NCBI GenBank assembly: GCA_051313645.2
Contig: JBNRSN020000005.1
Location: 27,280,001 to 27,344,000 of the forward strand
Length of the DNA: 64,000 nt
Reading direction: 5' to 3'
DNA from: Centroscyllium fabricii
Lineage: Eukaryota
A program made the position numbers and the translations under genes. The notes beneath the pieces were generated by a model. That model ran no database searches. It worked only from the letters and a program-made list of their open reading frames with translations, and was not told where the DNA came from. Positions 37,769-49,472 of the stretch are shown here, piece by piece; the stretch's first letter is position 1, and each line of letters begins with the position of its first letter.

Positions 37769-38626
37769 GGGGCAGAAATTAGGGTCCCAACCCGTGAGTA
37801 CGCGCTGGGTACTCACGCGTAGGCCCATCGGAAGTGCCGGTTTCCGGCATGCACCGCGCATGCGCGCGAAACCGGCACTTCCGATCCCCTGAAAGAAGGG
37901 GTCAGGGATCGGAACGCGTGCGCGGCAGCCGGTGCGCAATGCACTTGCGATTTATTTATTTTTTACAGCTTTTTATCTGGGTAAGTATTAGAAAAAGATA
38001 CGTCTCCTATTTTCAAGCGCAAAGACTGGTTTTCTGCAGGTAAGTGGTGATTTAACCCAATTTAAAAAAAAATTTCCACAGGTTTTTCATTTTTAAATAC
38101 TTTAAAGGTAAGTTGATTTTTAGCCCTGTTAAATACTTGAATAATTTTTGTCAAAATTTTTAATTTTTGTAAAAAATAGCTAATTTATGTAACTGATAGT
38201 TATTTTTAAAAATCTGATGATCTAAGATTTACTGATGTTTTGGGGGCTCCGTGCGTGCCGGGCAGCTTAATGTCCTTGTTGCGTTCGGATCACAATAAGC
38301 ATTTCACTGTCTAGATTGTATTTAGTACATTTGACAATAAACTTTGAACTTGAACTTAAAATAGTATTCATAAGTTTGACAGGTCTTCCTGTCAAACGTA
38401 TGAATGGAGCATTCTGTGCTCCGACTGTCTCTCTGCGGCCCACGTGATCCCGCGCGAAGCCTTGCACTATCTTCGCCGCTCAGATCCAGGAGCACAGCGC
38501 GCCGGCAGTTCAGGAGCGCCCAACACCGGGATTTCATGCGGGTGCACTGCTCAGCGGCCGGCCCGGTAGGTAAGTGTGGGTTGGAGGCTTGCACTCGCGG
38601 GAAGCCTCCAACCCAAATTTCTGGGC
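37769..38626 (+). mobile_element. MITE with TIR GG(G/C)(G/C)CAGAAATT, possible 3-bp TSD AAT, nested retroposon tail (38244-38357)
   Basis: Terminal inverted repeats, internal hairpins, homology to 32034-32620. Confidence 0.7.
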
Positions 38627-38839
38627 CAATGCCTTATCACATCTGTCCAATGTCTCCAAGCCCTTCACGTGCAATGAATTACTTGGAGTGCAGTAAACTA
38701 AGGTAGGAAAAAGCAAAATGAAAAACATTCAATTGTACATTCGATGCTCTGTGTGTAGAAAGATCTCACGTTCACTTGTTGTGAACTGTCAGAATGGAGT
38801 ATTTAGTTAACTATGTAGAAATGTTACTTAAACTGGAAA

Positions 38840-39378
38840 CTTCCACCTCAGTAATAATGCCCGTCTCCGCCCTTGCCTCAACTCTTCTGCTACTGAAACC
38901 CTCATCCATGCCATTCTTACCTCTAGACTCGAAGTTCTCCTGGTCAACCTCCCATCTTCCAGCCTCTGTAAAGTTGAGGTCATCCAAAGCTTTGCTGCCC
39001 ATGTCCTAACTCACACCAAGTCCCGTTCACCCATCACCCCGTGCTCACTGAACTACATCGGCTCCTGGTTCGGCAACACCTCAATTTAAAAATTAGCATC
39101 CTTGTTCTTAAATATCTCCATGCCCTCTCTCGCCCCTCGCTTTCTGTAATCCGCTCTAGCCCTACAACCCTGCAAGAACTCTGTGCTCCTCAAATTCTGG
39201 TGCCTTGCGCATCCCCGATTTTCATCACTTCACGACTGGTGGCCGTGCTTTCAGCTTCCGAGGCTTTAAGCTCTGGAATTCCCTCCCTAAACCTCTCTGC
39301 CGCTCTCTCCTCCTTTAAAACGCTCCTTAAAACCTACCTCTTTTGGTCACCTGTGCTAATATCTCCTTGTGTGGCTTG
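38840..39378 (+). mobile_element. L2 LINE 3' fragment
   Basis: Homologous to 33340-33830. Confidence 0.8.
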
Positions 39379-40131
39379 ATAGAGTCATAGAGTAACACAG
39401 CACAGAAAGAGGCTCTTTGGTCCATCGCGTCCGTGCCGCCCATCAATCCCAGTCTATTCTAATCCCATTTTCCTGCATTTGGTCCGTAGTCTTGTATGCT
39501 GTGACATTTCAAGTGCTCATCCAAATGCTTCTTGAATGTTGTGAGGGTTCCTGCCTCTACCACCCTTTCAGGCAGTGAGTTCCAGACTCCAACCACCCTC
39601 TGGGTGAAAAAGTTCTTCCTCACATCCCCTCTAAACCTCCTGCCCCTTACCCTGAAATTATGCCCCCTAGTTATTGACCCCTCTACTAAGGGAAAAAGTT
39701 CCTTTCTATCTACCCTATCTATTCCCCTCATAATTTTGTACACCTCAATCAGGTCCCCCCGTCAGCCTCCTCTGCCCTAAGGAAAACAACCCCAGGCTGT
39801 CCAGTCTCTCTTCATAGCTGAAGCGCTCCAGCCCAGGCAGCATCCTGATGAATCTCCTCTGCACCCTCTCCAAAGCCACCACATCCTTCCTATAGTGTAG
39901 CGACCAGAACTGCACACAGTACTCCAGCTGTGGCCTTACCAGCATTTTGTACAGCTCCATCATAACCTCACTGCTCTTATATTCTATGCGTCGGCTAATG
40001 AAGGCAAGTTTCCCAGATGCCTTTTTAACCACCTTATCCACCTGTCCTGCTGCCTTCAGGGACCTATGTACCTGCACACCAAGGTCCCTCTGATCCTCTG
40101 TCTTCCCTAGCGTCTTACCATTCATGGTGTA

Positions 40132-43100
40132 TGTGGTAACCATATATATGTACTGTTTACCACTGTAATATTGGGGCCAATATTGCCACTGCATATTGTA
40201 AGATGTTGCGACACTGTCGTGGGTCCAGGTCAGCCACACCTCTAACTCCTCCCCCAGGTGAGGCCCTTTATAGGTGAGGACTCACCGGACCCATTCATTC
40301 TGTTCCTGTTGTTCGCTTGGAGTATAGCTCCAAAGTAAGTCAAAAAAAGCCTGTAGTTAAGGTCACTACTCGTCTTTGGATTTATTGAGTAAATTGACGA
40401 TATGTCAATTTTATTGACTTAGAAATTTAAAATGGAGAGCGGTGCGGTAAAACCAGAAAAGCTGGACACCAGTCCACAGGACCCAGCCGCCCTACCTTCG
40501 AACACTGGTTCGGTCTCCTGGAGGCCTACATGGACGCCGCCAAGGCTACAACCGACGGGAACAAGCTACAGGTTCTCCGGTCCAGGATCTCCAGCCGAGT
40601 ATTCTCCCTCATCCGGGACGCCAAAACGTACCCAGCGGCAGTGGAGAAACTGCGAAAATGCTACGAGCGCCCGGTCCACTCTGTCTATGCCAGACCACAA
40701 CTACCGGGTGAGTCGAACGAACCGTTTGAGCAAGCACTCCAGGCCCTGGTACGGGTCTGTGGCTGCCAAGCACGGACAGCAGAGGAGGAGGCGAATCTCC
40801 TCGTCCGTGATGCCTACGTAACAGGCCTAAGGTGCGTTGAAGCCCGCCAGCGGCTGCTAGAAAAAGACTCCCTAACCCTAGAGGAAGCGATCTCCATCGC
40901 AAACTCGGTAGAAGGGGCTCGTAACAAGCTGCAGGTGTACAGCGGCACAAACCCGCAGGCCTACGACGCGTGGGCTGCACCACAACGGGCCCAGGCCTGG
41001 ACAACACCACAACGGGTCGAGACCCCCATGATGGCAGCGACAGCCGCAAAGGCGCAGGCGGACAGACGGTGCTACTTCTGCGGCCAGGGATTACATCCAC
41101 GGGCGAGATGCCCAGCGAAGACCGCGACCTGCGAGAGGTGCTCCAAGAAGGGACACTACGCAAAGGCCTGCAGATCAGCACCAGCGCCCAACTCCAGGTA
41201 CAACAGTGCAGCCTGTGAAAGCTCCGCCAGGCCTCAGGTAAGCTGCAATTGCAGCACGTTCCAGCGACGGTCCGGGGGTAGAGAAAAAGCGCCCCCATCT
41301 CCCACCCTGATGCGGCAGAGGCCGGCTGCACCCACGGCACGCCAAGCTCAGCCACGGCCGGCCAGGCGCGACCCCCCAACGGCGGCAGCACGCCCAGCGC
41401 GGCCCGCTGCGTGCGAATCACGGGCACCGCCAACCCAACCACCGCGGCTCGCTGCGTGCGAACGGGCACTGCCAACCCAGCCACCGCGGCCCGCTGCGTG
41501 CGAACCACGGGCACCGCCAACCCAACCACCGCGGCTCGCGGCGTGCGAACCACGGGCAACGCCAACCCAGCCACCGTGGCCCGCTGCGTGTGAACCACGG
41601 GCACCGCCAGCGCGCTCACAGCGGTCAGCCGCGTGCGAACCACGGGCGCCGCCATCTTGTCTCCAACAGCCCGCCATGTGCGACCCCTCGGCGCCGCCAT
41701 CTTGTCTCCAGCGGCCCACCATGTGCAATCCCTCGGCGCCGCCATCTTGTCTCCAGCGCCCCGCCATGTGCGAACCACGGGCGCCGCCATCTTGTGTGCA
41801 GCCCCAACCAGCAGGGGGCCCCCACACACAAACGCACACTTCGGCCTCAGCCATTACAAAGGTCGACCAGGCTAGGCCGCACACCCTATCGAACTCGATC
41901 ATGCCGATCAAAATTAACGGCCATATTACCAATTGCCTGTTCGACATTGGAAGCACAGAGAGCGTCATCCACCCCGATACAGCGCAGCGCTACGGACTGC
42001 AGATCCTGCCCACGCGCTACCAAGTCTCCCTTGCTTCACAGTCCCACACCGCGGACGTCACCGGCTACTGCTCCGTCACGCTCACAGTCAAGGGTTGTGT
42101 GTACCGTAACTTTAAGTTGTACACCCTCAAGCAGTTGTGCGCCCCAGCCTTACTAGGTCTGGATTTCCAGTGCCACCTCAAGAGCGTGACAATGGAGTTC
42201 GGCGGGACCCTGCCCCCCCTCACTGTCAGTAGCCGGGACAGTCCCTTCCCAAAGCGGAGCCCGGCCTGCGGCCTCTCCACCCTGAAAATCGACCCCCCCT
42301 CACTGTTCGCCAATCTCGACCCCAACTGCAAGCCTATTGCTACCAAGAGTTGGCGGTATAGTGTGGGGGATCGGACATTTATCAGGTCGGAGGTCGGGCG
42401 TATGCTGAAGGAGGGGATAATTGAAGCCAGCACCAGCCCCTGGCGGGCCCAGGTTGTAGTGGTGAAGACTGGCGAGAAGCAGCAGCTGGTTATCGATTAC
42501 AGCCAGAGTATTAACTGCTACACCGGGCTCGACGCCTACCCCCTTCCCCGCATCTCGGACATGGTCAACCAGATCACCCAATATAAGGTGTTCTCCACGA
42601 TCGACCTTAAGTCGGCGTATCACCAACTCCCGATCCGGAAAGCCGACCGCCCGTACACCGCCTTCGAGGCGAACGGTCGGCTCTACCACTTCCTCCGGGT
42701 CCCCTTCGGCGTGACCAACGGAGTGTCAGTGTTCCAATGGGAGATGGACCGCATGGTTGACCAGAACGGGTTGCGGGCCACCTTCCCTTACCTGGACAAC
42801 GTGACTATTTGCGGCCATGACCAGCAGGACCACGATGCCAATCTGGCCAAATTCCTTGACACGGCGGAACGGCTGGACCTTACGTATAACAAGGACAAAT
42901 GTGTCTTTAATACAGACCGGCTCGGCATCCTCGGATACGTGGTGGAGAATGGGGTCCTCGGCCCCGACCCACAGCGTATGCGCCCCTTACAAGAACTGCC
43001 CCTTCCTCACAACCCCAAAGCCTTGAGGAGATGCCTAGGATTTTTCTCCTACTACGTACAATGGGTCCCACAGTTCGCGGACAAGGCTAGACCACTCCTC

Positions 43101-45119
43101 AAGGCTGCCGTCTTCCCCCTCTCGGTAGAAGCCCAAACGGCATTCGCCCGGATAAAGGAAGACATCATCAAGGCGACCATGCACGCCATTGATGAATCCA
43201 TCCCTTTCCAGGTGGAGAGTGACGCTTCAGACTTTGCCCTTGCCGCCACCCCGAACCAGGCAGGCAGGCCCGTAGCGTTTTTCTCCCGCACCTTACAGGG
43301 ACCTGAAATTCGCCACTCCGCAGTGGAAAAGGAGGCCCAGGCCATCGTGGAGGCCGTGCGCTACTGGCGTCATTACCTGGCCGGTAAGCGATTTACCCTA
43401 CTCACCGACCAGCGGTCGGTGGCGTTTATGTTTAATAATAAACAAAAGGGTAAGATCAAGAATGATAAGATCATGCGGTGGCGGATCGAGCTCTCGACTT
43501 ACGAGTACGACATTCTTTACCGACCAGGCAAACTCAATGAACCCCCGGACGCACTGTCCAGGGGAACGTGCGCCAGCGCCCAGCTAGACCGGCTGAAGGA
43601 TCTCCACGATCGCCTCTGCCACCCGGGTGTCACCAGACTTGCCCACTTCATCAAATCCCGTAGCCTCCCCTACTCCATCACGGAGATCAAGGCTATGACC
43701 CGAGTGTGCCCTGTTCGTGCCGAGTGCAAACCCCAATTTTTCCGGCCAGACACGGCGCACCTCATTAAGGCCACCCGCCCCTTGAACGTCTAAGCGTGGA
43801 CTTCAAAGGCCCCCTCCCCTCCACCGACCGCAACTCGTACTTCCTCACGGTCGTAAACGAGTTCTCCCGCTTCCCCTTCGCCTTCCCCTGCCCAGATATG
43901 ACGAGCGGAACGGTGATAAAACATTTCACCACGCTGTTCGCCATTTTCGGTCTCCCCAGCTACATTCATAGCGACCGGGGGTCATCGTTCATGAGCGACG
44001 AACTGCGCCAGTTTCTGCTCCAGAAAGGGGTTGCCTCGAGCAGAACGACCAGTTACAACCCCCGGGGGAACGGCCAGGTAGAAAGGGAGAATGGGATCAT
44101 CTGGAAGGCGGTCACCCTGGCTCTGAAGTCCAGAGGCCTTCCAGTGTCCCATTGGCAGGCAGTCCTCCCAGACGCGCTGCACTCGATACGCTCTCTTCTG
44201 TGTACGGCCACTAACGCCACCCCTCATGATTTAATGTTTTCCTTTCCCAGGAAGTCGACTTCGGGGACAGCTCTTCCTCCATGGCTCACGACACCGGGGC
44301 CGGTCTTCCTTAGGAAACACGTCCGCGGCCACAAGACCGACCCCCTGGTGGACAAGGTGCAGCTCCTGCACGCTAACCCACAGGACGCCTACGTGCAGTT
44401 CCCGGACGGGCGCGAGGACACCGTCTCCATCAGGGACCTGGCGCCCGCCGGGAGCACCACAGCAGAGCCACTGGTCGGGCAGCACTGTAAGGTCGCAATA
44501 TTCCCAAGTTAAAAACACGCGGCGCACCCCTTACAGCAGCCCGCCCAGCCACGATAATTTGAACACCCCCTGCACCTACAGTGGCCACCAATGTATCCAG
44601 ACCCCCAGCCGTGGCCAGCTCAAGACCACCATTCGGATGGCTCGGATCAACCACTGGCACCAGCATTTGAAGTTTCGGCACCAGCGCCGCTGTCACCATC
44701 ACCGGACCCGAGCGGGACAGACCACACGGAACTTCTGCCAGAGCCCCGGCGGTCCTCCAGACAGACGCGACCGCTGGACAAACTGATAATGAACTGCTCT
44801 GTCCATTCACCCCGCCGGACTTAAATTTTCAAGAAGGGGTGAATGTGGTAACCATATATATGTACTGTTTACCACTGTAATATTGGGGCCAATATTGCCA
44901 CTGCATATTGTAAGATGTTGCGACACTGTCGTGGGTCCAGGTCAGCCACACCTCTAACTCCTCCCCCAGGTGAGGCCCTTTATAGGTGAGGACTGACCGG
45001 ACCCATTAATTCTGTTCCTGTTGTTCGCTTGGAGTACAGCTCCAAAGTAAGTCAATAAAAGCCTGTAGTTAAGGTCGCTACTCCTCTTTGGATTTATTGA
45101 GTAAATTGACGATACGTCA
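40132..45119 (+). mobile_element. Full-length Ty3/Gypsy LTR retrotransposon with non-tRNA PBS
   Basis: 276-bp LTRs at 40132-40407 and 44844-45119, 5-bp TSD GTGTA, PPT AAGAAGGGGTGAA. Confidence 0.95.
40432..44512 (+). pseudogene. Gypsy gag-pol (two zinc knuckles, protease, RT, RNase H, integrase) with frameshifts
   Basis: CYFCG..H....C and CERC.KKGHYAKAC, FDIGS protease site, YLDN, SDAS, DRG/ER; frameshifts near 40500 and 43790; 15-aa repeat tract at about 41400-41800. Confidence 0.9.
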
Positions 45120-45747
45120 GTGTATTCCCTTGTCATGTTAGACCTACCGAAATGCATCACCTCACACTTTTCAGGATTAAATTTCATTTGCCACTGTTCT
45201 GCCCATCTGACCAACTCATCTATGTCGTCCTGCATGTTGCGGATTTCCTCCTCACTATTTACCAACCCACCAAATTTTGTTTGATAGTCGCTCCGGTGCA
45301 GCGCCTTGGGACGTTTTACTACATTAAAGGTGCTATATAAATGCAAGTTGTTGTTGTGAAATATATTGTTGTTCCAGTTCGAATCAGAAGGCACTATGCT
45401 AGCTTGGTGCGTCTGGCACTTGTTCTTTTTACAAGGGGAGAATTCGACCAACATGTTTACTAGCAGGACCAAAGAACCCAAGAAAAATCATATTCAAACA
45501 CCAAGATGGAGATCTCAACTCGCACCTGCTCATCCACATGGCAACAAGGTGCTTGTCACGATTCTCCGCACAAAATCCAATGCACAAGGTGAGAACTATC
45601 TGTGTTTTTAAGGTCAGAAAGTTGCGGATAATCAAATGCAATTGAAGAACATGCCGAAACTGGGCAGGTACATTAGAACCCAATCTGACCAAGTGAAGCC
45701 TGCTGAAACAGCACCAGCTGATGTAACCATTGTACTGTATCAAAATA

Positions 45748-45976
45748 AATGCAAGAAGTCACACAACACCAGATTATAGTCCAACGGTTTTATTTTAAAT
45801 CACAAGCTTTCGAAGCTTCTGCCCCTTCGTCAGGTGAAAGAGGCTCGCTTTCACCTGACGAAGGGGCAGAAGCTCCGAAAGCTTGTGATTTAAAATAAAA
45901 CCATTGGACTATAATCTGGTGTTGTGTGACTTCTTGCATTTGTCCACCCCAGTCCAACACCGGCACCTCCACATTA
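45748..45976. mobile_element. Penelope-like inverted pLTR with hammerhead motif
   Basis: Palindrome with arms of about 93 bp; 12-bp TSD TGTATCAAAATA. Confidence 0.82.
45851..45888 (+). ncRNA. Minimal type I hammerhead ribozyme motif
   Basis: TCAC / CTGACGA / GGGGC-AGAA-GCTCC / GAAA / GCTT / GTGA; palindromic AGCT stem III as described for Penelope hammerheads. Confidence 0.65.
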
Positions 45977-46402
45977 TGTATCAAAATACACAGTGGGGGT
46001 CCAGACAGTGATTTCTCCTCCAATTCACTTTCTAAAAGAACCTAATATTCTGCGTGATCTCTTGTGTCACCCTGTTGTGCTAGCAACTGAATATCCAGCC
46101 ACGCCTGCGCTATTTCGCATCATCTCCCAAGAGATGTGTCACAGTCAGACGTTTAAAAGATTTCACGCAGTGGATGAGTAGCACAGGATTTGCAGCCATT
46201 TCTCCGTTCACGTCCGTTAGTAGCGACTCTAACTTGACTCCAAGTTTGCTTTTACAAACAAAATATTATCTGAGCCTAACAACTGAATTACTGCCCTGTA
46301 ATTTACTCCCATCCACCCAGTGCCCTCTATGTATCGAGTTCACGAATGAATAATCGCAGCATTGGCCATGTGTAATGCTTGCAAAGTAGCGAATGCAAGA
46401 CA

Positions 46403-46660
46403 CATAGAAACATAGAAGATAGGAGCAGGAGTAGGCCATTCGGCCCTTCGAGCCTGCTCCGCCATTCAATGAGATCATGGCTGATCATCCAAACCCAGAA
46501 CCCCACCCCTGCCCCCTCCCCATATCCCTCGATCCCTATCGAGACTGCACCGACACATATCCCACCCTATCCCCGTAACCCCACATATTCAATCCCCCTA
46601 ACACTAAGGGTCAATTTATCCTGGCCAATCAACCTAACCCGCACATCTTTGGACTGTGGG
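46403..46660 (-). mobile_element. HE1/V-type SINE, 5'-truncated
   Basis: Reverse complement of the 34330-34580 type sequence. Confidence 0.85.
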
Positions 46661-46904
46661 CATCTACAAATCATCCGCCCATCATAACGGACATGGGTTG
46701 CCTCTTGCTGCAGCCACGTCTCCCCTCAACCCAACCGACCAACCAGTTCTATTAACAGTGTGCTGATTAACAAGTCGTAGAACGGTTTAAAAATACACAC
46801 GAGCAGTTAAACAGCAGCACCCCCAACGGTGACAACTGCCTCATCGGAAATAATTTGCATGGGAGGGGGTGGCTTGCTGGTTTGACACATTACTAGTCAA
46901 AGGA

Positions 46905-47357
46905 AGAAAGACTAGCATTTCTATAGCGCCTTTCACGACCACCGGACTTCCCAAAGCGCTTTACAGCCAATGAAGTACTTTTTGGAGTGCAGTCACTAAT
47001 GCAGGAAATGCGGCAGCCAATTTGCACACAGCAAGCTCCCACAAACAGCAATGTGATAATGACCAGATAATCTGTTTTTGTTATGTGGATTGAGGGATAA
47101 ATATTGTCCAGGACACCAGGGATAACGCCCCTGCTTTTCTTCGAAATAGTGCCCTGGGATCTTTTACATCCACCTGAGAGAGCAGACGGGGCCTCGGTTT
47201 GCCATCTCATCTGAAAGACGGCACCTCCGACAGCGCAGCACTCCCTCAGCACTGCACTGAGAGTGTCAGCCTAGCTTTTTATGCTTAGGTCTCTGGAGTG
47301 GGACTTGAACCCGCAACCTTCTGACTCCGAGGCGAGTGTGCTACCCACTGAGCCACC
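46905..47357 (-). mobile_element. Deu-type (SacSINE1-like) SINE, near full length
   Basis: A/B boxes, central domain, L2-like tail ending in (CTTT)n. Confidence 0.8.
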
Positions 47358-47544
47358 GCTAGCACTTCAATCAGTGCACTGCACTGAGCATATAATGAAC
47401 GTATTGTTACAAAGCACAGCCCGAAAGATAATCTGGCAGATTGCTGGGTTATTTACACACTGGCGAACTCGAATGGTTTTGGTGAAAGTCCGGCGGGAAT
47501 CCCTCACAGGGTAATTAGCAGCCGACGCTGCTCATTCAAAAAGG

Positions 47545-47756
47545 ATTCAATTCAAGTTTTGTCATTGCAGAGTACTAGTACAATACAACGAGACGAAGAC
47601 TCGCTGCTCCTGAGAGTAGTGCAAATAAATTACTGTATGCAATTTGCATGTAATTTATTTGCACTACTCTCGGGAGCAGCGAGTCTTCGTCTCGTTGTAT
47701 TGTACCAGTACTCTGCAATGACAATAAAACTTGAATTGAATTGAATTGAATTGAAT
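47545..47756. repeat. Fold-back palindrome of a retroposon 3' end with (TTGAA)n tails facing outward
   Basis: Arms of about 90 bp centred near 47640; same tail inserted at about 13595-13650. Confidence 0.85.
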
Positions 47757-47772
47757 AGAAAGTAGTACTTAC

Positions 47773-47830
47773 TGGACTGAAGGTCCGACACAGAATACAA
47801 CTCTTCCGATGAGCAGGGCGACCCAGTCAG
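47773..47830 (-). CDS. SMYD3: SMYD3 coding exon (equivalent to exon 4)
   Basis: 58 bp with CAG acceptor and GTAAGT donor; LTGSPCSSEELYSVSDLQS+1 nt versus human MDGAPSESEKLYSFYDLES; phase 0/1 joins both neighbouring exons in frame. Confidence 0.9.
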
Positions 47831-47937
47831 CTGTGGAACAAATATAGTTCATGTTAACATCAGAATATTAGGAATTTACACCCACCCCCCGCCGTTCTTC
47901 CCACTCTCCTGAAGGCCCTCATCTCCTTGCTGTTGCA

Positions 47938-48165
47938 AGTGGTACAAGCACCTCCCGGGATGCCCTTGTTGTGGCACAGTGGTACAAGCACCTCTCGGGA
48001 TGCCCTTGCTATGGCGAAGTGGTACAAGCACCTCTCGGGATGCTCTTGCTATGGCACAGTGGTACAAGCACCTCTCGGGATGCCCTTGCTATGGCACAGT
48101 GGTACAAGCACCTCCCGGGATGCCCTTGTTGTGGCACAGTGGTACACGCACCTCCCGGTATGCTC
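47938..48165. repeat. 40-bp minisatellite, about 5.5 copies
   Basis: agtggtacaagcacctc(c/t)cgggatgcccttg...ggcac. Confidence 0.9.
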
Positions 48166-48287
48166 TTTGAGCCGCAACGCTGATCGTTGGTCAGCAATTC
48201 AAATGAAGGGAGGACATTGCAGCCACGCTCAATCTTGTCCTCAACCCCTCACATCTTTCGGATGAGACTTTTTACAAAAGCCCCGGC

Positions 48288-48570
48288 TACCCTCTCAGGC
48301 AGATGTAAAAGATCCCACGGCACTATTTCAAAGAAGAGCAGTTGAGTTCTCCCCGGTGTCCTGGCCAATATTTTTCCATCAACCAACCACAGATTATCTG
48401 GTCATTACCGCATTGCTGCTTGTTGGAGCTTGTTGTGCGCAAATTGGCTGCCGCGTTTCCTACATTACACCAGTGACTACACTTCAAAAAAGCACTTAAT
48501 TGGCTGTAAAGCGCTTTGGGACATCCTGAGGTTGTAAAAGGCGCTATATAAAGGCAAGTCTTTCTTTCAA
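48288..48570 (+). mobile_element. Deu-type SINE 3' half
   Basis: Homologous to the reverse complement of 46905-47180. Confidence 0.75.
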
Positions 48571-48699
48571 TGCTAACTAACATGTGTTGCATCAAACAAT
48601 GGCCTGCTCAGGAGTTTTTGCACACCATCGTCACTTGTGGACTTTTACAAATATTTGCCCAAATATCTGTGGAGTGAGATAAAAACCTCCACACACAAC

Positions 48700-49472
48700 G
48701 GGGGGGATTTTCATCTCCCATTAGGCGGGGTTTTTGGTGGGTCGGCCGGCAAAATAGAGGAACCGGTGGGTTGCGGCCCGCCCCGCCAGATCCCCGCACT
48801 TTTGCATTTTCCCCCGCCCTGTCTCCCCGCCCCGAATCTTTCCCGCCGGCGGGGATGGTTTGGCAGCTCATTAAGGGCCCTTAATTGGCATCTGTAATGC
48901 TATTTTAAGGGTCATTAGGAATTTTCACCCCCTTCCCACCCTAACCCTGACATCCTAAAACCCCGCTGGTGAAAACCCAGCGGGTGCACAGTGGTCTTCC
49001 TAGCTTTCTCCTTCAAGGTGTTGAAGGACCTACAGCAAAATGCTTCCCAGGCCTCTAACACCCTGGAGGAGTAAGTCACTCCCTTGGGTCAAGACCAGCT
49101 GTGACCAAAAACTTAGAAATCTTACCTTTCCAGATTAGCTGACAGCCGGTGGCTAGCTGTCAAAGATTCAGATCCCGCCCGCCCGTCAGTCACCAGCATT
49201 TGGCCTTTCCCATTGGTTCCACTCCACTGTGATGTCACAGTGTTTCAATGGGAACTGTCAACAACCAGTGCTGGAACTGTCTGTCGAGCTCCTCGCAGCC
49301 TGCTGGAGCTCCGACTCGATTGAGTCAATTACCACCGGCTACCCGCACGTGGGGATTTAATTGATCAATTGAATGAAAATTGCGTCGGATTCTCAGGCCC
49401 TTGGCCGGGCGGGACAGGAACCCGCCTCGACCAATCGCCGCCAGGTTCCCGCACTTCCAGGAAAACTCCCCC
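48700..49472 (+). mobile_element. About 800-bp MITE, third copy
   Basis: GGGGGGATTTTC...GAAAACTCCCCC termini. Confidence 0.75.

Larger units (their letters stand above)
39379..45275 (-). mobile_element. CR1 3' fragment (39379-40131 and 45120-45275) hosting the Gypsy element
   Basis: WQMKFNPEKCEVMHFG continues as YTMNGK...RDLGVQV across the insertion. Confidence 0.85.

Noticed and set aside
40609-41829. 406-aa antisense ORF
   Set aside because: Shadow of the GC-rich, repetitive gag region.
45435-45588. Possible plus-strand exon (AG...AAG/GTGAGA)
   Set aside because: No recognisable protein in the frames examined and no partner exons.
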